Assembly (NCBI GenBank): GCA_965221905.1
Contig: OZ244922.1
Span: 2,720,001-2,784,000, forward strand
Length of the DNA stretch: 64,000 bases
Source of the DNA: Chloroflexota bacterium
GTDB taxonomy: Bacteria; Chloroflexota; UBA11872; VXOZ01
Reading direction: 5' to 3'
The translations under genes were made by a program, and so were the position numbers. The notes under the pieces were generated by a model. That model saw only the letters and a program-made list of their open reading frames with translations, was not told the origin of the DNA and searched no databases. Shown here piece by piece: positions 10,583-20,281 of the stretch (position 1 is its first letter; every line of letters starts with the position of its first letter).

Positions 10583-13471
10583 CTACTCCTCATCCTCAAT
10601 CTGGTTTTGCAACTCATCGAGGAGTTGCTGATTCAGTTCTAGCTGCTGTTGTATCAACTCATTTTGGCGTTGGAGCGCGTCGAGCAGGTTCTGGATGGAA
10701 TTATCAGGCCCTGGCGTGGCTGAAGCCGGTGGCGTGAGTTGACTTGGCTGTGGCGTTGCGCCGACTTGAGGCGTCGCCTGTGGTTGTGCCGTCGGCTGCA
10801 CCGCTGTAGTAGGCGTGGGCAAGACTACAGGCGCGGGCGTGGACGTAGCGGTGGGAGTAGTGCTCGAACCACTCTGAGTCCCGCTGCTTCCAGACGTCGC
10901 AGCAGTCCCAGTGAAGATCTCGTTTACCCCCTCTCCTAACAACTCTTGCAGTGCTAACTGCACACTCTCGGCCATCACGACGTTGGGGCCGTTTGCAATG
11001 ATGACGCGCTTGAGCTCAGGCAACTGTCCCTGCTCCGACTGAAGGTAGATCGGCTCAACGTACAAGTTTGATTGGCCGATAGGCACGACAAGAAGATTGC
11101 CTCGAATCACTCGCGACCCGCCCTGCCCCCAGAGCGTAAATTGCTGCGAGATCGTGGTATCTTGGTCGGCGCGCGCTTCAATTTGCATCGGCCCAAATAT
11201 GAGTTTGTCCTTGGGATACTTGAAGGCAAAGAGCGAACCGTAGCCCTCAGGATCCGACCGCGCAGCCAGCCAGGCCACCATATTGTCCTTTTGTATCGGC
11301 GTATACGGCATGATCAGAATGAACTCTTCACGTGGGAAGTCGGGAAGACGCATGATGACGTAGTATGGCCGCACGGGCACTTGGCTGGCGCCATACAGTT
11401 CACGCGGCCGCGAAAACGCATCTTCGCGATTGTAGAAGATGTCCGCTTTCTGCATGTGGTAGAGGGAGTACAACTCCACCTGTACCTGGAAGAGAAACGC
11501 CGGATATCGAATGTGCTGGAGTATTGACGGAGGCATCTCGCTCAGGGGGTGGAAGAGGTCTGGGAATGCCTGCGAATACGCCTGGAGAATCGGTTCGTCT
11601 TCCTCGACCGCATACAGGCGAACTGAACCGTCATACGCGTTAACTGTGGCCTTCACGCTGTTACGGATATAGTTGAATGCGCCGGCCAGCGGTTGCGAGT
11701 AAGGGTAGCGGTTCGTAAAGGTATACGCGTCAACAATCCAGAACAACTGACCGTCGGCTACGACAATATACGGATCCTGGTCAACGACGAGAAACGGCGC
11801 GACCGTTGCCACACGCTCGCGCACGTGGCGGCGGTAGAGAATTTGGCTATCGGGTTCAAGCTGATCGGAGAGCAGGATATTCACGTCCTTGAGATACCAG
11901 GCATACAGCAACTTGCGGAGGTAAGACCCAATCCCTACTCCCGTACGCGATTGGTAAGTGGAACGGACGTTATCGTCTCCACTCGGATAGTCTATCTCCT
12001 GAACTTGCGCATTGACAATGATATAGTCTATCGTCTTTTCGCCATAGTAGATTTCCGGTCGTTCAATATCCATGATGCCCGTTGGGGGCACATCTTTTAG
12101 GAAGAAGGACGGCAAGCCCTCCGGTGAGACCTCATTCACGGGACTCATTACAACCCCGTAGCCATGGGTAAACTGGAGCCTGCGGTTGACCCACGTTTGC
12201 GCCGAGCCCGGCAGTTTCTCCGTTGAGAGTTCGCGCGCGCCCACCATCACTTGGCGATACTCGCCATCGACGTAATAGCGGTCCACGTCCGCATCGAGAA
12301 TGTCGTAGTAAAGTCGGATGCTCTGCACCTGGTTATAGGTAATGAGCAGCGGTTCGGGGTCCCAGAGACGGAAGTTTCGCACTGTCAGGGGATTGCCAAC
12401 CAACTCTTCTAGCGTCACCGCCGGCTCGCCCGGGTGCTCCTGTTCGACAATACGGTTGAGACCGTACGCCTCGCGCGTGAATTCTATGTTGTTCTCGATG
12501 TAGGGGCGCTCGCGCTCCAACTCGTTCGGCTGCACCTCCAGGCGATGCGCCAAGCCGGGATATGCCCACGCGCCCGCGACCAGCACGAGCAGCCAAAGCC
12601 CGATACCGCCGATGGGCAGCCACTGCTGATTGAATACGGCACCCAGGACGAGACCAAGTGCAGCCACCACAGCCAACACAATGAGCACTTGCTGTACCGG
12701 CTGCATAATATTGACGTCAATGTAGCTCGCTCCGTAGGCCGCGCCCCGCGTGGAGAACTCAAGCGTGTGAAGGCGCAGCCAATGGGTCCCCGCCATTAAA
12801 ACCATCACAAGGAAGCCCAGCACCGAGAGATGAATGCGAATGGGCGCCCCGGCGATGATATTGCGGGGGATCTCACGCCGTTCACCTTCATCGTCTTCCG
12901 GCGAAATCATGTATGGCAGCACAAGACGGAAACCGTATGCAAAGACCGCCACAAGCAACACGACAATAGACGCACGGAAGAGCCAGCCTTGAATGAACTC
13001 AAGCAGCGGGAGTGTAAAGACGAAGAACGAGAGGTCCCTCTCGAATAGAGGGTCCGTGATACCGAATGGGATGAGGTTTTGGGCGCGGAGCACCGTGTTC
13101 CATTGTCCGGCGGCCATTAGACCAAAGATCACGGAGGCAATCACACCCACAACGCCGGAGATTATCCGGGAAGCAAGCTCGGTCCGCCGCGCCGAAGTGG
13201 AAAGGAAGTCTTCGCCAGTATTGTACGCTTGCCGCGCTACGATCTTCCTTACTAAGGTCATATTGCCAAAGTAAAGCACGCCAAAACCGACTAGACCGGC
13301 GGCGAAGAGGCCTAGCTGCAGTGTAATGATTCTGGAAAAGACGTCAGTGCGGTCGAGGCTTTGGTACCAGAGCCAGTCGGCAATGATGTTCGGTACAACG
13401 AGCACCATCGCGATGAACACGATGATACTGACAAATGCTGTACCAACCGCGGTATTGCGCTGCATGGACAT
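10583..13471 (-). CDS. UPF0182 family membrane protein
   Basis: DWLWY, FGITDPLF, several TM helices, RLWD, FTHGYG, RPEIYYGE, NYIRNSVKA, GNLLVVP, EPIYLQ; Pro/Thr-rich tail. Confidence 0.93.
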   Translation of the reverse strand: MSMQRNTAVGTAFVSIIVFIAMVLVVPNIIADWLWYQSLDRTDVFSRIITLQLGLFAAGLVGFGVLYFGNMTLVRKIVARQAYNTGEDFLSTSARRTELASRIISGVVGVIASVIFGLMAAGQWNTVLRAQNLIPFGITDPLFERDLSFFVFTLPLLEFIQGWLFRASIVVLLVAVFAYGFRLVLPYMISPEDDEGERREIPRNIIAGAPIRIHLSVLGFLVMVLMAGTHWLRLHTLEFSTRGAAYGASYIDVNIMQPVQQVLIVLAVVAALGLVLGAVFNQQWLPIGGIGLWLLVLVAGAWAYPGLAHRLEVQPNELERERPYIENNIEFTREAYGLNRIVEQEHPGEPAVTLEELVGNPLTVRNFRLWDPEPLLITYNQVQSIRLYYDILDADVDRYYVDGEYRQVMVGARELSTEKLPGSAQTWVNRRLQFTHGYGVVMSPVNEVSPEGLPSFFLKDVPPTGIMDIERPEIYYGEKTIDYIIVNAQVQEIDYPSGDDNVRSTYQSRTGVGIGSYLRKLLYAWYLKDVNILLSDQLEPDSQILYRRHVRERVATVAPFLVVDQDPYIVVADGQLFWIVDAYTFTNRYPYSQPLAGAFNYIRNSVKATVNAYDGSVRLYAVEEDEPILQAYSQAFPDLFHPLSEMPPSILQHIRYPAFLFQVQVELYSLYHMQKADIFYNREDAFSRPRELYGASQVPVRPYYVIMRLPDFPREEFILIMPYTPIQKDNMVAWLAARSDPEGYGSLFAFKYPKDKLIFGPMQIEARADQDTTISQQFTLWGQGGSRVIRGNLLVVPIGQSNLYVEPIYLQSEQGQLPELKRVIIANGPNVVMAESVQLALQELLGEGVNEIFTGTAATSGSSGTQSGSSTTPTATSTPAPVVLPTPTTAVQPTAQPQATPQVGATPQPSQLTPPASATPGPDNSIQNLLDALQRQNELIQQQLELNQQLLDELQNQIEDEE

Positions 13472-13636
13472 CCTCACAGACTACATCGTGAAGCGTTAAT
13501 ACGATGTTCCACTAAACGTGCATAACGAGCGGAGAACAACAGCGCACTATCCTCATGCCATCCCAAGCACGCTGATAGTGCGCCGTCTTTGACGAAGTCG
13601 CCATGAGCCAAACGTAATCAGCCTTTCCGGGCGCTG

Positions 13637-15469
13637 CTATTGGGACTCAGTTTCCTTATCCGCTTCCTCGCTAGATTTCGCTTGGCCTTCCGGTGGATTG
13701 ACCGGGTTACCATTTGGGCCGGGCGTTTCCGCCGGGCCGTTAGACTGTTGGCCCAAAGCCAGGCCGCCAGCGTAGCCGGTCAGCGCGGCGACACCCACAC
13801 CTGCGGGGCCACGACGCTGCACTCCGCGTGACTCCAGGATTTCCTTAACATCCTCGCCGTGTAGCTCCAATTCTTCCTGCAATCGTTCAGAAACTATGTG
13901 CACCTCATCCGCATGCTCTGCCAGCAGTTGCTTCACCTCGCGGTACTGCTCGTCGAGCAACGCTTCGATGCGGCGCTTCGTGTCCGGGTCAATGCCACCC
14001 AAACCGCTGGGCATCGCGAGGTACGAATAGAAGCTATTGCCCATGCCATAGTAGCCGAAATACCCCATCGCCAGGCGTGTCGCCTGCTGCAGGTCGGATG
14101 TTACACCTGTAAGCCCGGTGCCAAGGAAGAGTTCCTCAGCCGCGCGACTAGCAAGGGCAACCTTGATTTCCGAAAGTACCTCTTCGCGGGTCTGCGTATA
14201 GCGCTCTTCAAGCGGCGTACTGGCAGCGAGACCCAGCGCACGGCCGTAGCGTATGATCGTGACCTTGTAGAGCTGATTCTCAGGTTGCAGCAAGGCCATC
14301 GCTATCGCGTGACCGGTTTCATGGTAGGCAAGCCGCCGTCGTTCCTTTTCGCTCATGCTGCGGATCGGCTGGCGCAAGCCCCATTCATTCGTCTCTCGCG
14401 CTTGGCTAAAGTCTGTATATGAGATATAGTCCCGGCCTTCGAAGTGCGCTACTACGGCCGCCTCGTTGATAAGGTACTTGATGCTGACCGGCGTGTAACT
14501 CACCGTGTCGGCAGCAATCTTGTCGATGTCTATGTCAGGGTCATGACGAACCTTATCCATGTAGTATTGGATAACATCCTTGCGGCCATCGAAGTCAGGC
14601 GGGTCGATTGTAATCTTGCGGTCGAAGCGGCCCGGTCGCAACAGAGCCTGGTCCAGCACTTCAGAAATGTTCGTCGCGCCAATCGTGAGCACCACGGGTG
14701 GCACGGCTCTCCCTCTGCGCAGACCGAGGCGGCGTAAGACCCGTGCCCTCCAACTCGTATCCACGTTTGGAGGTTCCATCTCGAGGAGCAGTGTATTGAT
14801 CATACCCATCCCACCACCGCCGAACATCCCCCCCATCATGCCCCCGCCCCCGCCCATTTGCGAGGTACGAGCAGCGCCAACGGCATCAATTTCATCGATG
14901 AAGATGATTGCGGAGCCATACTTCCGCGCGAGCCGCCGCGCCTTTGCGTAGAGCATCGTGATGCGCAAGTTACCGACGCCCATGAACATGTTTTGAAAAC
15001 CGGGCGCAGAAGCATAAGCGAAAGGCACTCCAGCCTCAGTGGCAATGGCTTGCGCCAAATAGGTCTTACCGGTTCCGGGCGGTCCGATCAGCAGCAAGCC
15101 GCGTGAAACTTCGCCGCCCATACGCTTGAAATCGCGTACGCCGCGGAGCAAAGTCACAATCCGCGCTGAGACTTCCAGCACTTGCTCGTTGCCGCGATAG
15201 TCCTTGAAGGATATTCCGGTCTCGCCCCCGGGCATAATCCAATAGACACGCCCGCGGCCAAGAAACCAAAAGAGCGCAACGAATTGTATCAGTACGAAGA
15301 GGATCGCAAAGGCAAGCTGGAATAGCGTGGCAAAAATTTGAAACACTATGAACAGGACACTGGGCGCGCCGAAGACGGCAACAGACCACCAAAATCCGAT
15401 CGCAACCAGCACCCAAAGTAGGATACCGCGCCAGTGCCGACCGATGAACCCCAGGACTCCGCCTATCAT
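13637..15469 (-). CDS. FtsH-like membrane AAA+ zinc metalloprotease (M41), atypical paralogue
   Basis: N-terminal TMs, Walker A GPPGTGKT, Walker B IIFIDEID, SRH DQALLRPGRFDR, HETGH zinc motif, RAAEEL, SDL. Confidence 0.88.
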   Translation of the reverse strand: MIGGVLGFIGRHWRGILLWVLVAIGFWWSVAVFGAPSVLFIVFQIFATLFQLAFAILFVLIQFVALFWFLGRGRVYWIMPGGETGISFKDYRGNEQVLEVSARIVTLLRGVRDFKRMGGEVSRGLLLIGPPGTGKTYLAQAIATEAGVPFAYASAPGFQNMFMGVGNLRITMLYAKARRLARKYGSAIIFIDEIDAVGAARTSQMGGGGGMMGGMFGGGGMGMINTLLLEMEPPNVDTSWRARVLRRLGLRRGRAVPPVVLTIGATNISEVLDQALLRPGRFDRKITIDPPDFDGRKDVIQYYMDKVRHDPDIDIDKIAADTVSYTPVSIKYLINEAAVVAHFEGRDYISYTDFSQARETNEWGLRQPIRSMSEKERRRLAYHETGHAIAMALLQPENQLYKVTIIRYGRALGLAASTPLEERYTQTREEVLSEIKVALASRAAEELFLGTGLTGVTSDLQQATRLAMGYFGYYGMGNSFYSYLAMPSGLGGIDPDTKRRIEALLDEQYREVKQLLAEHADEVHIVSERLQEELELHGEDVKEILESRGVQRRGPAGVGVAALTGYAGGLALGQQSNGPAETPGPNGNPVNPPEGQAKSSEEADKETESQ

Positions 15470-15591
15470 AGCTTCACCGTGCCTTCCATAATTCTGGAGG
15501 ATCTAGGTACTGCAACTGTAACACTTTTCTCAATTCGCTTGACCCCATCGCTGCCAATACGCCTATATGATCCCTGTGACAACTGCTACCC

Positions 15592-15600
15592 ATTATAGCA
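15592..15600 (-). promoter_or_regulatory. Putative extended -10 promoter (TGcTATAAT) for the FtsH-like gene
   Basis: Reverse complement reads TGCTATAAT about 125 bp upstream of the start, in an AT-rich gap. Confidence 0.5.
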
Positions 15601-15931
15601 TGGGGTATTATGTCGTTTGTCGCTGGGCTCTAGACAACATTAAGAATTATATAAGAGTCTGACGTTTACGGTAAGAAATGTTACATTTCCGCTTCCCAAT
15701 TAGGCTAATCATCACTTGGCAGTATCGAGGAGGTAGGTGTACGCTGCCAATCAAGGCCGCTATTGCCCGCGGGGCCTAACAAAAGTGCGAATCTGATAAC
15801 GGACGAGCATCCGACTTGGCAAAAAGCTCGCCGCGGCCCGGCTTTCTCAATGGCATAGAAGAGATGATGGTATTAGTCTGAGGTAGAGTAGCTGAGGGAT
15901 CACACCACTCCCTAAACGCGAGGGTCGGCCC

Positions 15932-16686
15932 ATGACAGTTGACAGAGCCATGATTCTTTCAGGAATCCGGGATGTCGGAGTTACCTCCGGCGATGTACTG
16001 CTGGTCCATAGTTCCCTGCGCAGTTTCGGATACGTGACCGGCGGCGCCGAAACGGTGATCGACGCGCTCTTAGAGTCAGTCGGCGACGGCGGCACCCTAC
16101 TTGTCCCAACGCTAACCTTCTCAGTTCTCAAGACCTGGCCGCATCACTTCTCCATCAGGAAGACGCCTTCAACCTCAGGTCGAATTACGGAGACCCTTCG
16201 CCAACGGGCACAGTCTCTGCGCAGCCGGCATCCCGTCTCTTCAGCCGCAGCCATCGGACCGCAAGCAGCCTATCTGACTGCCGACCATCGAGACACGCCC
16301 TGCGGGCCGGACTCACCCTATTACCGCCTCTACGAGCTTGGCGGCAAAGTCGTCTTCTTCGGCGCGACGCTCGCCAGTAACTCGGTCTTTCACTGTGCGG
16401 AGGAGATCGTTAATCCCGATTACTTGGGCTACGCATCCATTGAAGGCGCCATCGTGGAAGATGCGGACGGCCGTGTACGGTCTCTGCGCGCCGCTACGAC
16501 TGCTCTGACCGCGGCATAGTTCGCCACCTCGGCAACATGGAGCCGGTGTTTCTTGAGCGGGGCCTGCTGCGGCGCACCAAGATTGGGGAAAGTCGGACCT
16601 ACGCAATCGACGCTAAAGCAAACGTTGGCGTATCCTGTGAAGTCTTGAAGACAAGCCCGGACTACATCCTCACGTCACTGCCTTAG
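15932..16686 (+). pseudogene. AAC(3)/YokD-family N-acetyltransferase with a frameshift near 16470-16480
   Basis: LLVHSSLRSFG, GTLLVPT, SRHPVSS, HCAEE in frame 1, which stops at 16519. A family-like C-terminus (VSARRYDC...LERGLLRRTKIGES...PDYIL) continues in the -1 frame to TAG at 16686. Confidence 0.75.
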
Positions 16687-16731
16687 CTATATCTTGTAGA
16701 TAGCATCTTTTATGGAATCTACATAATGTGC
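16684..16731 (+). promoter_or_regulatory. Tandem NrdR boxes upstream of nrdR
   Basis: CTATATCTTGTA (16687) and CTACATAATGTG (16719) fit the acaCwAtATaTwGtg consensus and are 32 bp apart. The second abuts an extended -10, TGcTATAGT (16729-16737). Confidence 0.7.
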
Positions 16732-16827
16732 TATAGTGTTGGGTGTCTGGCGTAGCGTACGTTCTTGATGGACTCGTGAACGTTTGCTTGCCGGAGTGTA
16801 GCGATAGAAGCCAACGGAGGTATGGAC

Positions 16828-17466
16828 ATGCGTTGCCCGCAATGCAATAAGCATGATACCCGCGTGGTTGATAGTCGTCCGGAAGAGATGAGCATTCGCC
16901 GTCGCCGCGAGTGCGCGAATTGCGGCCACCGCTACACCACCTATGAGCGACTGGAGTTCCTGGCTTGTCCGCACTGTGAATCTGTTGAATCTCGCGTGGC
17001 TTCCTATCAGCTTCTTAGGGCCGGATCGCGGCGTTTTCGGGAGTGCCTGCGCTGTGGCCGGGAGTTTACAACGACGGAGCGGGTCGATCCCGTGCCGCTT
17101 ACGGTGGTTAAGCGAGACGGCCGGCGAGAGGAATTCAACCGGGGCAAGTTGCGCGATAAGATCAGCACAGCATGCTGGAAGCGCCCGGTCGGCTCGGAAG
17201 AGGTCGGGTGCATAGTCGACCGCATTGAGCGCGAGTTGCTTGAAATCGGTGAACCCGAGGTAGAGTCCACAGTCATTGGCGATAAAGTGATGCAGCGACT
17301 GCGCGTCCTCGATGAAATTGCCTACGTGCGGTTCGCATCCGTGTATCGCCACTTTGAAGACATCGACAGCATCGCTGAGGAAATTGCTGAATACCAGCAG
17401 TGGAAGCGCCGCCGCGCTCAGCCCGATCAGATCGCTCTCCTGCCGGAAGAAACGCCAATTAGCTAG
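16828..17466 (+). CDS. nrdR: Transcriptional repressor NrdR with two tandem Zn-ribbon domains
   Basis: MRCPQC..VVDSR..IRRRRECANCGHRYTTYE, then a second CPHC..RRFRECLRCGREFTTTE, then ATP cone VVKRDGRREEF...IAYVRFASVY. GGAGG RBS before ATG 16828. Confidence 0.93.
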   Translation: MRCPQCNKHDTRVVDSRPEEMSIRRRRECANCGHRYTTYERLEFLACPHCESVESRVASYQLLRAGSRRFRECLRCGREFTTTERVDPVPLTVVKRDGRREEFNRGKLRDKISTACWKRPVGSEEVGCIVDRIERELLEIGEPEVESTVIGDKVMQRLRVLDEIAYVRFASVYRHFEDIDSIAEEIAEYQQWKRRRAQPDQIALLPEETPIS

Positions 17467-17579
17467 GCGAACTTTGATAGCTCGACGGGCCTGCATACGG
17501 GTTGGCAAACTACCATGACGGCTCTCAAGCTCCAGTATGTGCAACCTAAATTGCCAGTAAGAAGCCTTTCGCTCAAGAA

Positions 17580-17999
17580 ATGCCATCATACGTACGCAGC
17601 TTTCTCCTTTACTGGGCGCCTCCGCTGATCTGGATGGCCCTCATCTTCTACGGTTCCTCGCAACCCACGCTGCCTGCGCTCTCAGATAGCTTCCTGGACT
17701 TCTTGATTAAGAACGGCGCCCACTTCATGGAATACGCCGTGTTGGCCTTGCTTTGGTACCGTGCCATCTACTCTCGCTTCCCAGACCCCAGAATTCAGCC
17801 GCTGGCGTTCATCATCGTTGTCATCTACGCCCTTAGCGATGAATTCCACCAGTATTTCGTGCCGGGAAGGAGCGCCACCTGGCAGGACGTGGCAATCGAC
17901 GTGATTGGCGGCGCTTGCGCTCTGCTGTTCTGGAACGCCGTGCATCAGCGGTGGAACCAACGTAAGGCCCTGCACAATGAGGACGGCCTGGAGCCCTAG
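17580..17999 (+). CDS. VanZ family membrane protein
   Basis: WMALIFYGSS, AHFMEYAVL, YALSDEFHQYFVPGRSATWQDVAID. Confidence 0.9.
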   Translation: MPSYVRSFLLYWAPPLIWMALIFYGSSQPTLPALSDSFLDFLIKNGAHFMEYAVLALLWYRAIYSRFPDPRIQPLAFIIVVIYALSDEFHQYFVPGRSATWQDVAIDVIGGACALLFWNAVHQRWNQRKALHNEDGLEP

Positions 18000-18012
18000 A
18001 CCCGAATCGCGG

Positions 18013-19416
18013 CTACTTTCCGATACAGAATTCCCCGAAGATGCGGTCGAGGAGGTCCTCCGTCGCGCTCTCACCCGTTAGCTCGCCGCACGCATTAATT
18101 GCCGCGCGCAGGCCGATGCAGACGAAGTCCTCTGGGAGACAGTCTGCTGCTGCTTGCTGCGCCTCCATCAGCGCCGCGTGCGCTTCTTGCAACACTGCTT
18201 GATGGCGGAGCGAGGTCACGACGGCACTTTCGCCTGGCAGCCCATTCTGCAAGAGCATTCGTCCGATTTCCGCCCGCAGCGCCTGCAGGCCATCGCCGGC
18301 AAGTGCCGATGTAAGCACCACCGGACAATCTTGCAGCAAACCCTCCACATCTTTCGGCAGGAGAGAGCGTGACTTATCGGCTTTATTCAGCGCGATAATT
18401 GTCCTTTGGTCCGGGTCTGCTTCTCGCGCTTGTTGCACTTCTCTTATCACGCTGCGGTCTTCCGGCCGGAGGGGCATGCTGCTATCCAAGACCAGGATTA
18501 CTAGGCGGGCAGCCGCCAATGACGCCCGACTGCGTTCCACACCGATTCGCTCAACCACGTCGTCGGTTGCTACTATGCCCGCGGTATCCGCTAGCACAAG
18601 GGGAATACCGTCAACGTCAACGGTCTCTTCCAGCACGTCCCTCGTTGTGCCGGGAATGTCCGTTACAATGGCCCGATCGGCGGACAAGAAGGCGTTGAGC
18701 AGGCTCGACTTACCCACGTTCGGGCGACCGACCAGCACCGTCGGCACGCCATCGCGCACCATGGCGCCGCTCTGAGCCGTCTCTAGCAGTTGCTCCAAGG
18801 CAGTAAGCGCGTTACCGATTGCTGCTTCCACCTCGCTTGAGGGGACCGGCGGCACGTCGTCCTCGCTGAAATCGATGTTGGCTTCCAGGCGCGCAAGGAG
18901 CCCAAGCACCTGCTGCCTCAGATCGCGAACCTGCCGCGACAACTTACCTTCAAGCTGATCGAGCGCGAATGACAGCCCCTTGCCGGTGCGTGCCCGCACT
19001 ACGTCCATAACCGCTTCGGCCTGTGCCAAATCGAGCTTTCCGTTAAAGAAGGCGCGCAGCGTAAATTCACCCGGTTGGGCCAGGCGTGCGCCCTGGCCTA
19101 CGAGCAATTCCAGGGTCCGGCGAAGCACTGCCGGGCTGCCGTGACAAGAAAACTCGACCACGTCTTCACCCGTGTACGAGTGCGGACCCCGCATGTAGGT
19201 ACACAACGCCTGGTCCAAATGGGCGTTGGTCAACGGATTGACCACCAGACCGACGTAGGAGCGATGGCTTTGCCACCTGCCCCGCTTCTGCCGCCAAAAG
19301 CAGCGTTTGCCAATCGCCAGAGCCTCCCTGCCGCTCAAGCGCACGATCCCAATTGCGCCTTCGCCCGGCGGCGTGGCCACGGCGGCAATGGTATCCTCAG
19401 GGTTCGCCAGAGACAT
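18013..19416 (-). CDS. mnmE: tRNA modification GTPase MnmE/TrmE
   Basis: DTIAAVATP, SYTGED, GRPNVGKSSL, IPGTTRD, DTAG, NKAD, C-terminal FCIGK. Confidence 0.98.
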   Translation of the reverse strand: MSLANPEDTIAAVATPPGEGAIGIVRLSGREALAIGKRCFWRQKRGRWQSHRSYVGLVVNPLTNAHLDQALCTYMRGPHSYTGEDVVEFSCHGSPAVLRRTLELLVGQGARLAQPGEFTLRAFFNGKLDLAQAEAVMDVVRARTGKGLSFALDQLEGKLSRQVRDLRQQVLGLLARLEANIDFSEDDVPPVPSSEVEAAIGNALTALEQLLETAQSGAMVRDGVPTVLVGRPNVGKSSLLNAFLSADRAIVTDIPGTTRDVLEETVDVDGIPLVLADTAGIVATDDVVERIGVERSRASLAAARLVILVLDSSMPLRPEDRSVIREVQQAREADPDQRTIIALNKADKSRSLLPKDVEGLLQDCPVVLTSALAGDGLQALRAEIGRMLLQNGLPGESAVVTSLRHQAVLQEAHAALMEAQQAAADCLPEDFVCIGLRAAINACGELTGESATEDLLDRIFGEFCIGK

Positions 19417-19459
19417 AGTTCATTCCGATACATCCACAGACTAAAGAGGCAAAACGGCC

Positions 19460-20023
19460 TTAGCTCTCACCCTTTGCGGGTTCAATACCCAAGTCCTCGA
19501 TTGTGAAGACAGCCTGAAACGGATAACCGGCCCGTGCAATGGCTGCGGCGCCACCCTGCAGGCGATCCACGAGAGTCCATATGCCGGTTACTACACCGCC
19601 GACCTCCGTGACGGCTTCCGCAGCGCGCAACACCGAGCCACCTGTTGTTACCGTATCCTCCACAATCGCCACTTTCATGCCCGTTTGCAGAGGGCCCTCT
19701 ACCAGTTTGCCGGTACCATGCTCCTTCGCGCGGCTGCGCACGATCAGCGCCTGGATGGGCGTGCCCGCGGTAAAACTGGCAATTGCGATAGCCGTCACCA
19801 CCGGGTCTGCGGCAACCGACATACCGGCGACCGCATCCGGCAATTCCGCGCCCAACGCTTCCAGCATCACATGACCGGTAAGATATGCTCCTGCCGCCGA
19901 CAGCGTTACAAGGCGGCAATCGATGTAATAACTTGCGCGCTTGCCGGAGCTGAGGACGAAGTCCCCCTCCTTGACCGCTTCGGTTTGCAGCAACTTGCAC
20001 AGCCGCTCTCGCTCTGAATCCAC
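19460..20023 (-). CDS. pyrE: Orotate phosphoribosyltransferase
   Basis: GDFVLSSG, YYIDCR, KEHGTG, IVEDTVTTGGS. Confidence 0.95.
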   Translation of the reverse strand: MDSERERLCKLLQTEAVKEGDFVLSSGKRASYYIDCRLVTLSAAGAYLTGHVMLEALGAELPDAVAGMSVAADPVVTAIAIASFTAGTPIQALIVRSRAKEHGTGKLVEGPLQTGMKVAIVEDTVTTGGSVLRAAEAVTEVGGVVTGIWTLVDRLQGGAAAIARAGYPFQAVFTIEDLGIEPAKGES

Positions 20024-20281
20024 AGTGCTTCCCTTCTCTAAATCAATGTGGCGCCAAACACGATTCTACCGAGCCATGGCTGCGCTGACCAGAGCCATTT
20101 CCAATTGGCAGAATCATGCCTTTCACTCCGCACTTAACAAGGAGGGGGAGACATCATAGCGAGCTATCTCCCTCTCAAGCATTATAGGACTTGCCGACGG
20201 TCGCCTCATCCGGTTGACAGGTGCCTTCATATCCACGGACAATATATTTAACCCACAGCACAAGAACACCACTCCACGCTC

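Noticed and set aside
15932-17999. Antibiotic resistance locus (AAC(3), VanZ; also ddl elsewhere)
   Set aside because: These are broad families; the AAC(3)-like gene is frameshifted, ddl has the D-Ala-D-Ala-type YxxKY loop, and there is no vanHAX or mobile context.
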